The notes below the pieces were generated by a model. It saw only the letters and a program-made list of their open reading frames with translations, was not told the DNA's origin and did not search any database. From assembly GCA_017435485.1 (NCBI GenBank), contig JAFSEY010000009.1:1715-65714 (forward strand): a stretch of 64,000 bases of DNA. Direction: 5' to 3'. Shown in pieces: positions 38,512 to 48,007 of this stretch. The stretch's first letter is position 1; each line of letters begins with the position of its first letter. This stretch comes from Bacilli bacterium (GTDB taxonomy: Bacteria > Bacillota_I > Bacilli_A > RF39 > UBA660). A program made the position numbers and the translations under genes.

Positions 38512-40947
38512 TTATTTTACAACTATATTAACAATTTTATTTTTGACTACAATAACTTTAATAATTTGTAATCCCTCTGTGTGTTTTTTAACATTTTCTT
38601 CTGCTAAAGCTTTTTCTTTAACACTATCTTCAGCTTCATCTAATTCAATGTTGATGCTTCCTCTTAATTTACCATTAACTTGTACTCCAATAGTAATTTC
38701 TTTATCAATTGTTTTAGCTTCATCATATTCTGGCCAAGTACTTTCACAAATTGGTTTAAACCCTAATTGTTCATTTAATTCTTCAGTAACATGTGGAGCA
38801 ATTGGATTTAATAATGTTAATAATAATTCATAATCTTTTTTAGAAATACTTTGAGCATCTTCATATGCATTAGTTAAAATCATTAAAGCGGACACAGCTG
38901 TATTGTAAGCCATGGTTTGTAAATCATTAGTGACTTTCTTGATTGTTTTATGTTGAATTGATTCTAAAGTACTCGTAAATTCATCGCTATCATTCAATTT
39001 GCTTTGTAATCTAACTACCTTATCTAAGAAACGTTTACATCCTTTTAATGAATCGGTACTCCAAGGAGCATCCGATGTATAATCACCCATGAACATTTCA
39101 TAAATTCTTAGGGTATCTGCTCCATACTCGTTAACGATATCATCTGGATTAATAACATTTCCTTTCGATTTACTCATTTTTTCATTATTTGAACCTAAAA
39201 CCATTCCGTGAGAAACTCTAGTCCAAATCATTTCTTTATTAGGAACTAATCCAACGTTGTATAAAAATTGAACCCAGAAACGGGCATATAACAAGTGTCT
39301 TGCTGTATGTTCCATTCCACCATTATACCAATCTACTCTATTCCAATATTTCATGGCATCCATAGAAGCAAATTCTTTATCATTACATGCATCCATAAAT
39401 CTTAAGAAATACCAGGAAGATCCAGCCCAGTTTGGCATTGTATCGGTTTCTCTTTTAGCTGCGCCATGACATTTTGGGCAAGTAGTATTTACCCAATCAG
39501 TTATTTTGGCAAGTGGACTTTCGCCATTATCAGTTGGTTCATATTCTGCAACATCAGGTAATAGTAATGGTAAATCTTTTTCATCCATTGGAACCCATCC
39601 ACATTTTTCACAATGAATCATTGGAATTGGTTCTCCCCAGAATCTTTGTCTTGAGAATATCCAATCACGCATTTTATAATTATTAACTTCTCTAGCAATA
39701 CCTAAATCCACTAGTTTTTTAGTTATAGCAGGTTTAGCTTCTTCAACTGTTAGTCCATCAAACTCAGCTGAATTCATTAACTTACAACCTTTTCCTAAAT
39801 AATCATGTTTTTCAAAGGCTTTTTCTTCTACTGATGCTCCGTCAATTACTTGTATCATTTCTAAGTTATGTTCAGTTGCATATTCAAAGTCTCTTTGGTC
39901 ATGAGTTGGAACAGCCATAACTGCTCCAGTCCCGTAATCTCCTAAAACAAAGTCTCCTAAGAAAATTGGTACTTCTTTACCATTAATAGGATTAATTGCT
40001 TTGATTCCTTTAATTTCAACACCAGTTTTTCCTTTATTTAATTCAGTACGGTCCATATTAGATTTTTTAGCAGTTTCTTTAATATAGTTTTCTACTTCTT
40101 CTTTATTTTCTACACGAGGCATTAATTCTTTAATTAATTTACCATCTGGAGCAATTACAAAGAATGTAATTCCATAAACAGTTTCGATACAAGTTGTAAA
40201 GACAGAAAATTTTCCGCCTCCAACAATATCAACATCTAATTCAACACCAGTTGATTTTCCAATCCAATTTATTTGACCAAGCTTTACTCTTTCGGCAAAG
40301 TTAGTATCGTCTAAGCCAGTTAATAAATCCTCGGCATATTCACTCATTTTTAACATCCATTGAGATTTTTCCTTTTGAACTACACTGTCTCCACAACGTT
40401 CACAAACTCCACCTGCGGCATCTTCGTTAGATAAAACACTTTTACAAGTAGGACACCAGTTAACAGGAATAGTAGCTTTGTAAGCCATATTATGTTTATA
40501 AAATTGTAAGAATTGCCATTGTGTCCATTTATAATACTCTGGATCTGTTGTGGAAAATTCTCTACTCCAATCAAAAGAGAATCCTAATGATTTCATTTGC
40601 CCTTTAAACGTTTTAATATTTTCTTTAACAGCATCTTTAGGATGAATATGATTTTTAATAGCATACTGTTCAGCAGGAGCTCCAAAAGCATCCCATCCCA
40701 TAGGATATAAAACATTATATCCTTGCATTCTTTTCATTCTAGCTAAAGCATCCTGTGCTGTATAACTTCTTACATGTCCAACATGTAGTCCTGATCCTGA
40801 TGGATAAGGAAATTCTACTAATATGTAATATGGTTTTTTATCTCCATTAGTTTTAGCTTCAAATACTTTCGTATTATCCCAAAAATCTTGCCATTTCTTT
40901 TCAATATTTTTAAAATCCATTTTAATTACCTCTTTTCCTTTCAACAT
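38512..40947 (-). CDS. leuS: Leucine--tRNA ligase
   Basis: It has a HIGH motif (PYPSGSGLHVGH), a KMSKS motif, and a CP1 editing domain, and is 811 aa. Confidence 0.95.
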   Translation of the reverse strand: MLKGKEVIKMDFKNIEKKWQDFWDNTKVFEAKTNGDKKPYYILVEFPYPSGSGLHVGHVRSYTAQDALARMKRMQGYNVLYPMGWDAFGAPAEQYAIKNHIHPKDAVKENIKTFKGQMKSLGFSFDWSREFSTTDPEYYKWTQWQFLQFYKHNMAYKATIPVNWCPTCKSVLSNEDAAGGVCERCGDSVVQKEKSQWMLKMSEYAEDLLTGLDDTNFAERVKLGQINWIGKSTGVELDVDIVGGGKFSVFTTCIETVYGITFFVIAPDGKLIKELMPRVENKEEVENYIKETAKKSNMDRTELNKGKTGVEIKGIKAINPINGKEVPIFLGDFVLGDYGTGAVMAVPTHDQRDFEYATEHNLEMIQVIDGASVEEKAFEKHDYLGKGCKLMNSAEFDGLTVEEAKPAITKKLVDLGIAREVNNYKMRDWIFSRQRFWGEPIPMIHCEKCGWVPMDEKDLPLLLPDVAEYEPTDNGESPLAKITDWVNTTCPKCHGAAKRETDTMPNWAGSSWYFLRFMDACNDKEFASMDAMKYWNRVDWYNGGMEHTARHLLYARFWVQFLYNVGLVPNKEMIWTRVSHGMVLGSNNEKMSKSKGNVINPDDIVNEYGADTLRIYEMFMGDYTSDAPWSTDSLKGCKRFLDKVVRLQSKLNDSDEFTSTLESIQHKTIKKVTNDLQTMAYNTAVSALMILTNAYEDAQSISKKDYELLLTLLNPIAPHVTEELNEQLGFKPICESTWPEYDEAKTIDKEITIGVQVNGKLRGSINIELDEAEDSVKEKALAEENVKKHTEGLQIIKVIVVKNKIVNIVVK

Positions 40948-41371
40948 TTAATAAGTGTCTTCCATATATTTCATAAATAGCATAAATAAGAGCAGTTAGC
41001 AAAGCAAATCCTATTAGTAATTTAAAAATTGTTCCTAAGGGAATTAGTTCTATAATAAAAGTTACAAATGTAATAATAAAACTATTTAATAAAGGAAGCA
41101 TTATTTTTAAACTATTATAATTTAAGGAATTTCGATCCAATTTAAATTTATAAACTAAATATTCAACTTCTCCTATTTTGCTTGGTTCTTTTTTCTTGCT
41201 CTTTTTATTATTTTTTTTCTTTTTACCTAATATTTCATCAACAGCTGGTTTAGTAAGAAAAAAGTAATGAAGAACAAAAATAACTAAGTAAATTACTAAA
41301 AACGATAAAATATAGTAAGCAACATTATTCATATAAAATCCTCTTTCTAAATAAAAAAACATTCCTCCCAA
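40922..41371 (-). CDS. Small membrane protein co-transcribed with leuS
   Basis: It is 149 aa with three hydrophobic helices and a Lys-rich loop, and overlaps the leuS start by 26 nt. Confidence 0.4.
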   Translation of the reverse strand: MGGMFFYLERGFYMNNVAYYILSFLVIYLVIFVLHYFFLTKPAVDEILGKKKKNNKKSKKKEPSKIGEVEYLVYKFKLDRNSLNYNSLKIMLPLLNSFIITFVTFIIELIPLGTIFKLLIGFALLTALIYAIYEIYGRHLLNVERKRGN

Positions 41372-41573
41372 AGGACGAATGTTATCGTGGTACCACCTTA
41401 TTTTTTTCTCGTTAATCTATAAAGGAATTACCCTAACACATCCAAAAGTAAGTTCATCAATTTCTTTTCTTAGTTTTCACCAACCACTAAGTCTCTACAA
41501 AAAGAAGTTTTGATTACTACTCTTTTATCCGCTGCTTAAAACTATTATACATAATTGTCTTTTTAAAAGCAAA
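41372..41573 (-). promoter_or_regulatory. T-box riboswitch leader (Leu) for the membrane-protein-leuS operon
   Basis: The minus-strand RNA contains AAGGUGGUACCACGAUAACAUUCGUCCUUUGGGAGGAAUGUUUUUUU, a T-box sequence with an overlapping terminator hairpin. An upstream candidate specifier loop ...GAACUUAC contains a CUU codon. Confidence 0.6.
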
Positions 41574-43973
41574 TTAAATTTCTGAAATATATTCTAATAA
41601 TTTTAAAAACATTCTAATAAATCTTTTTTCAAGACCAATGTTTGCAAGTTTTCTAATGGCAATACGTTTTTTTCTAATCTCATCTTTACTAAAGAATATA
41701 ATAGCAATTTGCTCTTTTAATTTAGTATCTATTTTTAAATCACTTATGATGAAGTTTACATCTTCATTTATTATTCTAACAGCTTCTATCTCAATACTTT
41801 TTCCTCGACAATTTATATTTAAAGTTTCAGTCGTATCAACATCTTTTACTTCTATTATAAAATCATTGTCTTCTTCATATGCTGAAAAATCTAATTTATT
41901 TTTTAAATTCTTAGAAAAGACATCAACATATTCTGCTTCCTTAGAATTCCTAAAACGGATCTTATAATCGCGATGATGGGGAATTATTCCATTTTTTCCT
42001 TCAATTGGTCGAATAACAACTGTAAAATTATTAGGTTGATATTTATAATTTATTTCAGTAATAGTGTAAAAACCTTCTTTATATAAATTACTTATACCAT
42101 CATCTTCATAAAGTTTATAAGTACTATTTTGCCCTGGAAATATATGTATTTCCATTGCTCTAGGATTATTAGTAATATTTAGATTTTCTTCTAAAATAGC
42201 TAAAGGAATGATAGCTCCTGATTTAGCAAATACTGGATAATCTTCGTCTTTAAAAAATGTTACATATCTTTTATTTCCGATAAATTTTTTTCCGGATTTA
42301 AAATCATACCAAGTTCCTTTTGGTAAATAAATTCTTTCAACTGATCTATTCATTGTTAAATCTTTTGGTTTGGTAATTGGAGCAATCAATAAATTTTTAC
42401 CTAAATAGTATTCATTTTTATATAAAGGTTCATCTATTATTTCTGGATAGTTATAATATAGTGGTTGTATTAATGGTTGATATTCTTTATGATAGCGATA
42501 GCTTTCTGTATACAAATATGGTATTAAACGATGACGAAGGTTACAATAATCTCTTACAATATTATAAGTGTTATTATCCCATAGCCAAGGTTCTCTTTTA
42601 TAATATAGCCCTCTTCTTGCACTAAATCGAAAGATCGGACTAAAGGTTGCTAATTGAACATGTCTTGTATATAACTCACTATCTTCAATCCCATTTTTAA
42701 ATCCGCCAACATCATGGCTCCACCAAGAAGCTCCTATATTAGCTGAATTGGAGTTAAAGAAAGGTATGAAATTTAAAGTTTGCCAATTAACTATTGTTTC
42801 TCCAGAATAGCTAATCGGATAACGATGTGATGCTATTAAAGCATTTCTAGACAACATCATTCCTCTTTTTTCTTTATCATTTTCCATTTCTTTATAATGA
42901 TAATAATTTAAAGCTCTTAAGTTTAAAATGTCTTTTTTATAATCAAGCCAAAAGAAATCAATACCGAGTTTTTTCAATGGATTTATTAAATATTTAAAAT
43001 ACGAATCCATAAATTTGGGGTCTAAAGCATTAAATGGTATTATTTTGTTATCATTCAATCCCAAAGAAATGGCGAAATTATTATAATTTGTTTCATGTGG
43101 ATAAACCCCCTCTTCAGGATCTATATTAATCCCTACTCTAATTCCCCTTTGATGCATGTAACTAACAAATTCCGATGGGTTTGGAAATAATCCAGTATCA
43201 AATGTATATCCTGTTTTAAATTTTGAATAATCTTCAGTATTTTTTAAATGCCAAAATTCACTTAACAACAAAGTAGACATAGGTATTTTATATCTGTTAA
43301 AGGCTTTTATTAATGTTTTTATATTTTCAAATGAATATATTTTATCCCTATTCCACCATATTCCAAGCGCATATCTTGGTATTAATGGACTAGTTCCGGT
43401 AAGCGTAAAATAATCCTTTAAACACATCCCAAAATCTTTATTATATATAAACAAATAAGTATCAACTCGTCTGTTTTGCGCTTTAAATAAAGTTTTATCT
43501 TGCATTATTAAAAATGATTCAGAATCATCAAAAGAAGCAAACCCATCGATTGAAAAAAGTCCATTTATCAATTTTGTATTGCTTGGTGAATCCGCATTTA
43601 TTTCAGAAGCTGTTGATTTGAAATTTTTTGCTTCGGGATGATTAAAGAACCACACTTTGTCAGTATTTTTTAGGACTACTTTTAAATTAGTATCTGGAGC
43701 ATATTTTGGCCCTAAATAAGGTTTTTCTTTTTGATATAAAAGTGCAAAATATTTCCCTTCAATTTCTAAATATTTTTGGTCTTCTTCGTATTTTAAATTA
43801 ACATCAGGAAAATCTCTGTTAATAGCAAATTCTGTTGGTAAATCTAAAAATTCTCCTCCTATGTTATATTCAAAACGAATTAAGCGTTCAGTTAAAATAG
43901 TAATTCGATAATATTTTCCTTGAAAAACATTTTGGGTTGTATTCTTATTTTTACTTTCAGCCATTTTACTCAC
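41574..43973 (-). CDS. Glycoside hydrolase family 31 (alpha-glucosidase/alpha-xylosidase-like)
   Basis: The GH31 catalytic region (GIDFFWLDYKKD with the nucleophile Asp, and WWSHDVGGF with the acid/base region) is present, and the protein is 799 aa. Confidence 0.8.
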   Translation of the reverse strand: MSKMAESKNKNTTQNVFQGKYYRITILTERLIRFEYNIGGEFLDLPTEFAINRDFPDVNLKYEEDQKYLEIEGKYFALLYQKEKPYLGPKYAPDTNLKVVLKNTDKVWFFNHPEAKNFKSTASEINADSPSNTKLINGLFSIDGFASFDDSESFLIMQDKTLFKAQNRRVDTYLFIYNKDFGMCLKDYFTLTGTSPLIPRYALGIWWNRDKIYSFENIKTLIKAFNRYKIPMSTLLLSEFWHLKNTEDYSKFKTGYTFDTGLFPNPSEFVSYMHQRGIRVGINIDPEEGVYPHETNYNNFAISLGLNDNKIIPFNALDPKFMDSYFKYLINPLKKLGIDFFWLDYKKDILNLRALNYYHYKEMENDKEKRGMMLSRNALIASHRYPISYSGETIVNWQTLNFIPFFNSNSANIGASWWSHDVGGFKNGIEDSELYTRHVQLATFSPIFRFSARRGLYYKREPWLWDNNTYNIVRDYCNLRHRLIPYLYTESYRYHKEYQPLIQPLYYNYPEIIDEPLYKNEYYLGKNLLIAPITKPKDLTMNRSVERIYLPKGTWYDFKSGKKFIGNKRYVTFFKDEDYPVFAKSGAIIPLAILEENLNITNNPRAMEIHIFPGQNSTYKLYEDDGISNLYKEGFYTITEINYKYQPNNFTVVIRPIEGKNGIIPHHRDYKIRFRNSKEAEYVDVFSKNLKNKLDFSAYEEDNDFIIEVKDVDTTETLNINCRGKSIEIEAVRIINEDVNFIISDLKIDTKLKEQIAIIFFSKDEIRKKRIAIRKLANIGLEKRFIRMFLKLLEYISEI

Positions 43974-44072
43974 CCTCTTTTAGTATTCATAATTATGTTA
44001 TCATAAAAGTCTTTTTATTACAATTGCTAGATTTTTAAAAAATATACGTTATAATAATTACCGGGTGATATT

Positions 44073-44993
44073 ATGTTTAAATATTCTTTAGATAATAAAA
44101 GATATCATACATTAAATTATTTTTTGAAAAACAAGTTTAATTCAAAAGTTTTTAAAGTAAGCTTGAATGCCGGATTTTCCTGTCCTAATAAAAAAAATGG
44201 TAATGGTTGCATATTTTGTAGTGAGGGTTCAGGAGATTTTGGTGGCGATAAAGAAAAGGATTTAGTAACTCAGTTTAATGAAGTAAAAGACAAAATTAGT
44301 AAGAAATGGCCGAATAGTAAATATATTGCCTATTTTCAAGCTAATTCTAATACTTATGCGCCATTAGAAGAATTAAAAGAAAAATACGAAACAGTAATTA
44401 ATCTTCCAAATGTAGTTGGCCTTGCAATAGCAACGAGAAGTGATTGTTTGGAAGATGATATTTTAGATTATTTAGCAGAACTTAATAGAAAAACTTTTTT
44501 AATGATTGAATTAGGATTACAATCTATGCATGATAAAACTCTAAAGTTAATTAATCGTGGTCATGATTTAAAAAACTTTGAAGAAGCTGTCAAAAAGTTG
44601 CAAGAAAGAAATATTTTTATCACTGTTCATATTATTAATGGCCTACCAGGTGAAAATCAACAAGATATGATTGAAACCGTAAAATATTTAAATAGTCTAG
44701 ATATAAATTCCTTAAAAATTCATATGCTTAGTGTTTTAAAGGATACTTCATTAGAAAGATATTATGAACAAAAAAAATTCCCTATATTATCCAAGGAAGA
44801 ATATATTGACATTGTTTGTGAGCAATTACAATATTTAAATGAAAATATTATAATTGGAAGAATTACAGGAGATCCTGATCCGTTAAAATTAATAGTTCCA
44901 AATTGGCTCATTAAAAAGTTTTGTGTTTTAAATGATATTGATAAAAAAATGAAAGAATTAAATATTTATCAAGGTGATAAAGTTAATAAATAG
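44073..44993 (+). CDS. Radical SAM protein, TIGR01212 (YhcC/YtqA-like) family
   Basis: A CxxxCxxC-type cluster (CPNKKNGNGCIFCSEG) and a family-typical C-terminal domain are present. Confidence 0.75.
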   Translation: MFKYSLDNKRYHTLNYFLKNKFNSKVFKVSLNAGFSCPNKKNGNGCIFCSEGSGDFGGDKEKDLVTQFNEVKDKISKKWPNSKYIAYFQANSNTYAPLEELKEKYETVINLPNVVGLAIATRSDCLEDDILDYLAELNRKTFLMIELGLQSMHDKTLKLINRGHDLKNFEEAVKKLQERNIFITVHIINGLPGENQQDMIETVKYLNSLDINSLKIHMLSVLKDTSLERYYEQKKFPILSKEEYIDIVCEQLQYLNENIIIGRITGDPDPLKLIVPNWLIKKFCVLNDIDKKMKELNIYQGDKVNK

Positions 44994-45074
44994 AATTTAT
45001 TTGATTACAAAATAAACCTGTACTAATTTAAAATAGTTTATTTTTGATTTATATTAATGACAAAAATAGAAATG

Positions 45075-45112
45075 TGATAATTTGCTCTAAAAAATTACTT
45101 ATTATATAATGA
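45075..45112 (+). promoter_or_regulatory. Sigma-A-like promoter of small-peptide gene copy 1 (TTGCTC-17 nt-TATAAT)
   Basis: It was read from the sequence. A near-identical promoter (TTGCTC-17-TATAAT) lies at about 45514-45551 for copy 2. Confidence 0.4.
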
Positions 45113-45175
45113 CTTTGGATATATTTAATGCGTTAGGTGCACTCCGTTACATTTACGTAAAGGAGGTGAGGTTTT

Positions 45176-45253
45176 ATGACAAAAAGAGAATTTTCTCAAT
45201 TTATTATAATTATCCTCCTATTTATCTTAGTATTTATAATACTATTTAAATAA
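45176..45253 (+). CDS. 25-aa hydrophobic peptide MTKREFSQFIIIILLFILVFIILFK; type I toxin-like
   Basis: An AAAGGAGGTGA RBS lies 8 nt upstream, and a 5' UTR segment CACUCC can pair with the SD. It has a single transmembrane helix with a charged N-terminus. Confidence 0.45.
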   Translation: MTKREFSQFIIIILLFILVFIILFK

Positions 45254-45256
45254 AAA

Positions 45257-45293
45257 AGTACACTAACGCTCAAAGCTTGAGTTTTAGTGTACT
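45257..45293. terminator. Strong bidirectional hairpin (agtacactaa...ttagtgtact, 10-bp stem plus an inner ctcaa/ttgag stem) directly after the peptide ORF
   Basis: It was read from the sequence. An identical hairpin occurs in the inverted copy at about 30303-30340. Confidence 0.5.
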
Positions 45294-45335
45294 AACCAAA
45301 ATTTAGGAATGTACCTAACCTTGCAAAATTAGATA

Positions 45336-45415
45336 TATCCTTTTTTATTATATTCAAGTTGCCTTGACATATTTAATATAACATAAATGCAATAATTTGA
45401 CAATTAGTAAATCAT
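45336..45415 (-). promoter_or_regulatory. Conserved 80-bp segment carrying a convergent minus-strand promoter (TTGTCA-17 nt-TATATT) aimed at the peptide ORF; candidate antisense-RNA promoter
   Basis: The same segment is repeated at 45775-45856, and a diverged copy occurs at about 30195-30270 (reverse complement). Confidence 0.4.
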
Positions 45416-45617
45416 TATAAATTTGTTATATACTTTTGATTAAAATATTAATATTATAATTATAAACATCCATTTTTAGTCCACATTCATGACAAATATA
45501 AAAATGTGGTAATTTGCTCCTAAAAATAACTTAGTATATAATTTTTTCGGATACATTTGAAAAGTCGGGTGTTTTCCCTTTCAAAAATCTTTAGATTAAA
45601 GAAAGGTGGTGATAATT

Positions 45618-45695
45618 ATGACTAAAAGAGAATTCTCTCAATTTATTATAATTATACTATTGTTCTTTATAGTAATAACTTTATTATATAGATAA
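45618..45695 (+). CDS. 25-aa hydrophobic peptide MTKREFSQFIIIILLFFIVITLLYR; second tandem copy
   Basis: It has a GAAAGGTGGTGA RBS. A 5' UTR CCCTTTC can pair with the SD. A hairpin follows at 45706-45736. Confidence 0.45.
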   Translation: MTKREFSQFIIIILLFFIVITLLYR

Positions 45696-45906
45696 TAAAA
45701 ACATCTGATTTCAACTAAAGTTGATTTCAGATGACTATCCAGAAGGGATTACATCTGGTTCTAGCAATCAAATGTATCCTTTTTTTTATTATATTCAAGT
45801 TGCCTTGACATATTTAATATAACATAAATGCAATAATTTGACAATTAGTAAATCATAATATTTTATAAAAAAAGAAATTAATCTAAGTTGATAATTTCTT
45901 AAATTA

Positions 45907-46455
45907 CTATCTATTAACTGTTAATAAGTTAATTACAAAAAGCAAGAATAAACATACATTATAATTTACAATATATTTACCAAATTCCCCAAATGCTACT
46001 AACATATCAGCTGCACATACTATCCAAGCTTCCCTGCTTTTAGGCATTGATTCTTTAATAGATGCATTTTCCTTTAAATTAATTAATGGACAAATTTTTC
46101 TAGCAACTAGATGATGAAACATATGAGTTCTGATAATACTTTCTTCTTCTTCATCGATATTGTAATAATATTTAGCATTTAATACACTTGTTTTAGGATG
46201 TTCTAAATATGAATTTTCCGGTTTTTCTGTACGTTCTCCATAAAAGAAATCATGTAATAATGCTGGTCTTACAATATGTTTGTAATCAAAGTTAAAGAAT
46301 TTAGCTAATTTATAACTTAAATAAGAAACTCTTCTACAATGATCGTATTTATTTGTATTACCGTGATGACGGTCTTTTTTTAATAATTTAAAATTTTCAT
46401 CATTTAATATGTCTTTGGCTAACTGAAGAAATTCTTCATCTTGACTATTTGTCAT
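45907..46455 (-). CDS. HD-domain phosphohydrolase
   Basis: The motifs H...HD (ALLHDFFYGER) are present with upstream His residues, and the protein is 182 aa. Confidence 0.6.
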   Translation of the reverse strand: MTNSQDEEFLQLAKDILNDENFKLLKKDRHHGNTNKYDHCRRVSYLSYKLAKFFNFDYKHIVRPALLHDFFYGERTEKPENSYLEHPKTSVLNAKYYYNIDEEEESIIRTHMFHHLVARKICPLINLKENASIKESMPKSREAWIVCAADMLVAFGEFGKYIVNYNVCLFLLFVINLLTVNR

Positions 46456-46532
46456 ATTTCCTTTTCACCTCGAACTATCAAATTATAGCATATATTATAT
46501 AAAAATGCAAATTTCCATCCTAAATTGGCACT

Positions 46533-47744
46533 CTAAGAAAAATTAAACATTAGCCAATTTGGCTTAAATATCATTAAAATTCCAATTAAAAGCATGATTA
46601 TCGCACCGATTAAGTGTGAGTATTTAGTATATTTTGTTGTTAATCCAGTCACTTTAAAACTAATCATTGCTATAGTAAATATTATTAAATCATCTAACAA
46701 AAAGAACAAAATATAGACAATTAAGTATAATAAAGCTTTTATTCCTGTAATATTATTGATTGCTAAAATATTACTAAATACTACAGGAAGTCCTGCTGAA
46801 CAAGCTAGTTCAACAATATTTACTGATATAGCTAAACCAATTACACCGATAATTGATAGAAAAATACTCTTTTCGCTCGTAAATTTCTTTATTTTAGCAA
46901 ATGTCCTTTTTCTTTGACTTTCATCAACAATCTGACATCCAGCATCTTTTTTTCGTTCATTATAGTAATTTCTAAAGTTAAATAAACTTGCTAAAACAGC
47001 TAAAATACCGATTATTACTTGAACTATTTTTACGTTAGTAAAGTTTACGATAATAGTTAACCATGACATCATAAAAGCTAAATAAATCAAAGCTGAAGTT
47101 AGTAAGAAAGTAACTCCAAGTATCCACATTTTTTTACGATCTTTCATATTGATTAACATGCTGATTAAAAATATCAACACCCACATTGCGCAAGGATTAA
47201 AGCCATCAACTAAACCAATAACTACACTTGCAAGCAAAATACTTACCTTTTTAGGATTAATCTCACCTAATAATGGTATTTTTATATTAGATTCATCAAT
47301 TGTTATCTTTTCTTTTTCATAATATTCATCGATATTATCTTTAGTAATCTTTTTATTTAAGATTTTATCAACAAAATCAATATAAGTCCCCTCTTGGTAT
47401 GCTTCAACTATCTTTTTTATCTCAGAAGAGGTATCATCGCTATATCCTACTATAGTTTTACTTCCAATTACGGTAAATGGAACATAAGGACTTGATTCAT
47501 CAAAAACACCTTTAACTAAATCTAGTTTCTCGGCATTAACTTTATTGTAGTTTACTTCAAAATAATGAATTTCAATATTTTTCTTTTCTTTATATTCATT
47601 TAAAAATTCTTTTTCACTTTGACAATGCGGACAGTCTTTCGAATAGAATAAATAAATGTCGATAACTTTTTGTTCATCTGAAGAAACTAATATAGGAAAT
47701 AATATGAATAAGAATAAACTAAATATATATATAACTTTTTTCAT
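46533..47744 (-). CDS. Thiol-disulfide oxidoreductase fusion: signal peptide plus extracytoplasmic thioredoxin-fold domain (CPHC) plus a CcdA/DsbD-family transmembrane domain
   Basis: The N-terminus has SKDCPHCQ, and the C-terminal domain has six transmembrane helices with GFNPCAMWVL, a CcdA-like motif. Confidence 0.6.
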   Translation of the reverse strand: MKKVIYIFSLFLFILFPILVSSDEQKVIDIYLFYSKDCPHCQSEKEFLNEYKEKKNIEIHYFEVNYNKVNAEKLDLVKGVFDESSPYVPFTVIGSKTIVGYSDDTSSEIKKIVEAYQEGTYIDFVDKILNKKITKDNIDEYYEKEKITIDESNIKIPLLGEINPKKVSILLASVVIGLVDGFNPCAMWVLIFLISMLINMKDRKKMWILGVTFLLTSALIYLAFMMSWLTIIVNFTNVKIVQVIIGILAVLASLFNFRNYYNERKKDAGCQIVDESQRKRTFAKIKKFTSEKSIFLSIIGVIGLAISVNIVELACSAGLPVVFSNILAINNITGIKALLYLIVYILFFLLDDLIIFTIAMISFKVTGLTTKYTKYSHLIGAIIMLLIGILMIFKPNWLMFNFS

Positions 47745-47752
47745 AAACCCTC

Positions 47753-48007
47753 CTAATTTTCAATGATATTTTTAATTTCTTCTAAAGTTTTTTCGCCATC
47801 TAAACGGGCAATTAAGTTATCATTTTGATAGAATAAAATTACTGGTAAAATATCATTTACCTCATATTGTTTAACAATGTCTTCATCCATATCGTAATCA
47901 TATTCAATTATTTCAATATTTGGATAATTCTTTTTTAAAATATCCCAATATTTATGCATTTTTAGACAAGCAGAACACCACATTGCCCCTATTTTAATTA
48001 TTTTCAT
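47753..48007 (-). CDS. Small thioredoxin/glutaredoxin-like protein (CxxC)
   Basis: It is 84 aa with WCSAC, and overlaps the upstream gene by 14 nt. Confidence 0.55.
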   Translation of the reverse strand: MKIIKIGAMWCSACLKMHKYWDILKKNYPNIEIIEYDYDMDEDIVKQYEVNDILPVILFYQNDNLIARLDGEKTLEEIKNIIEN

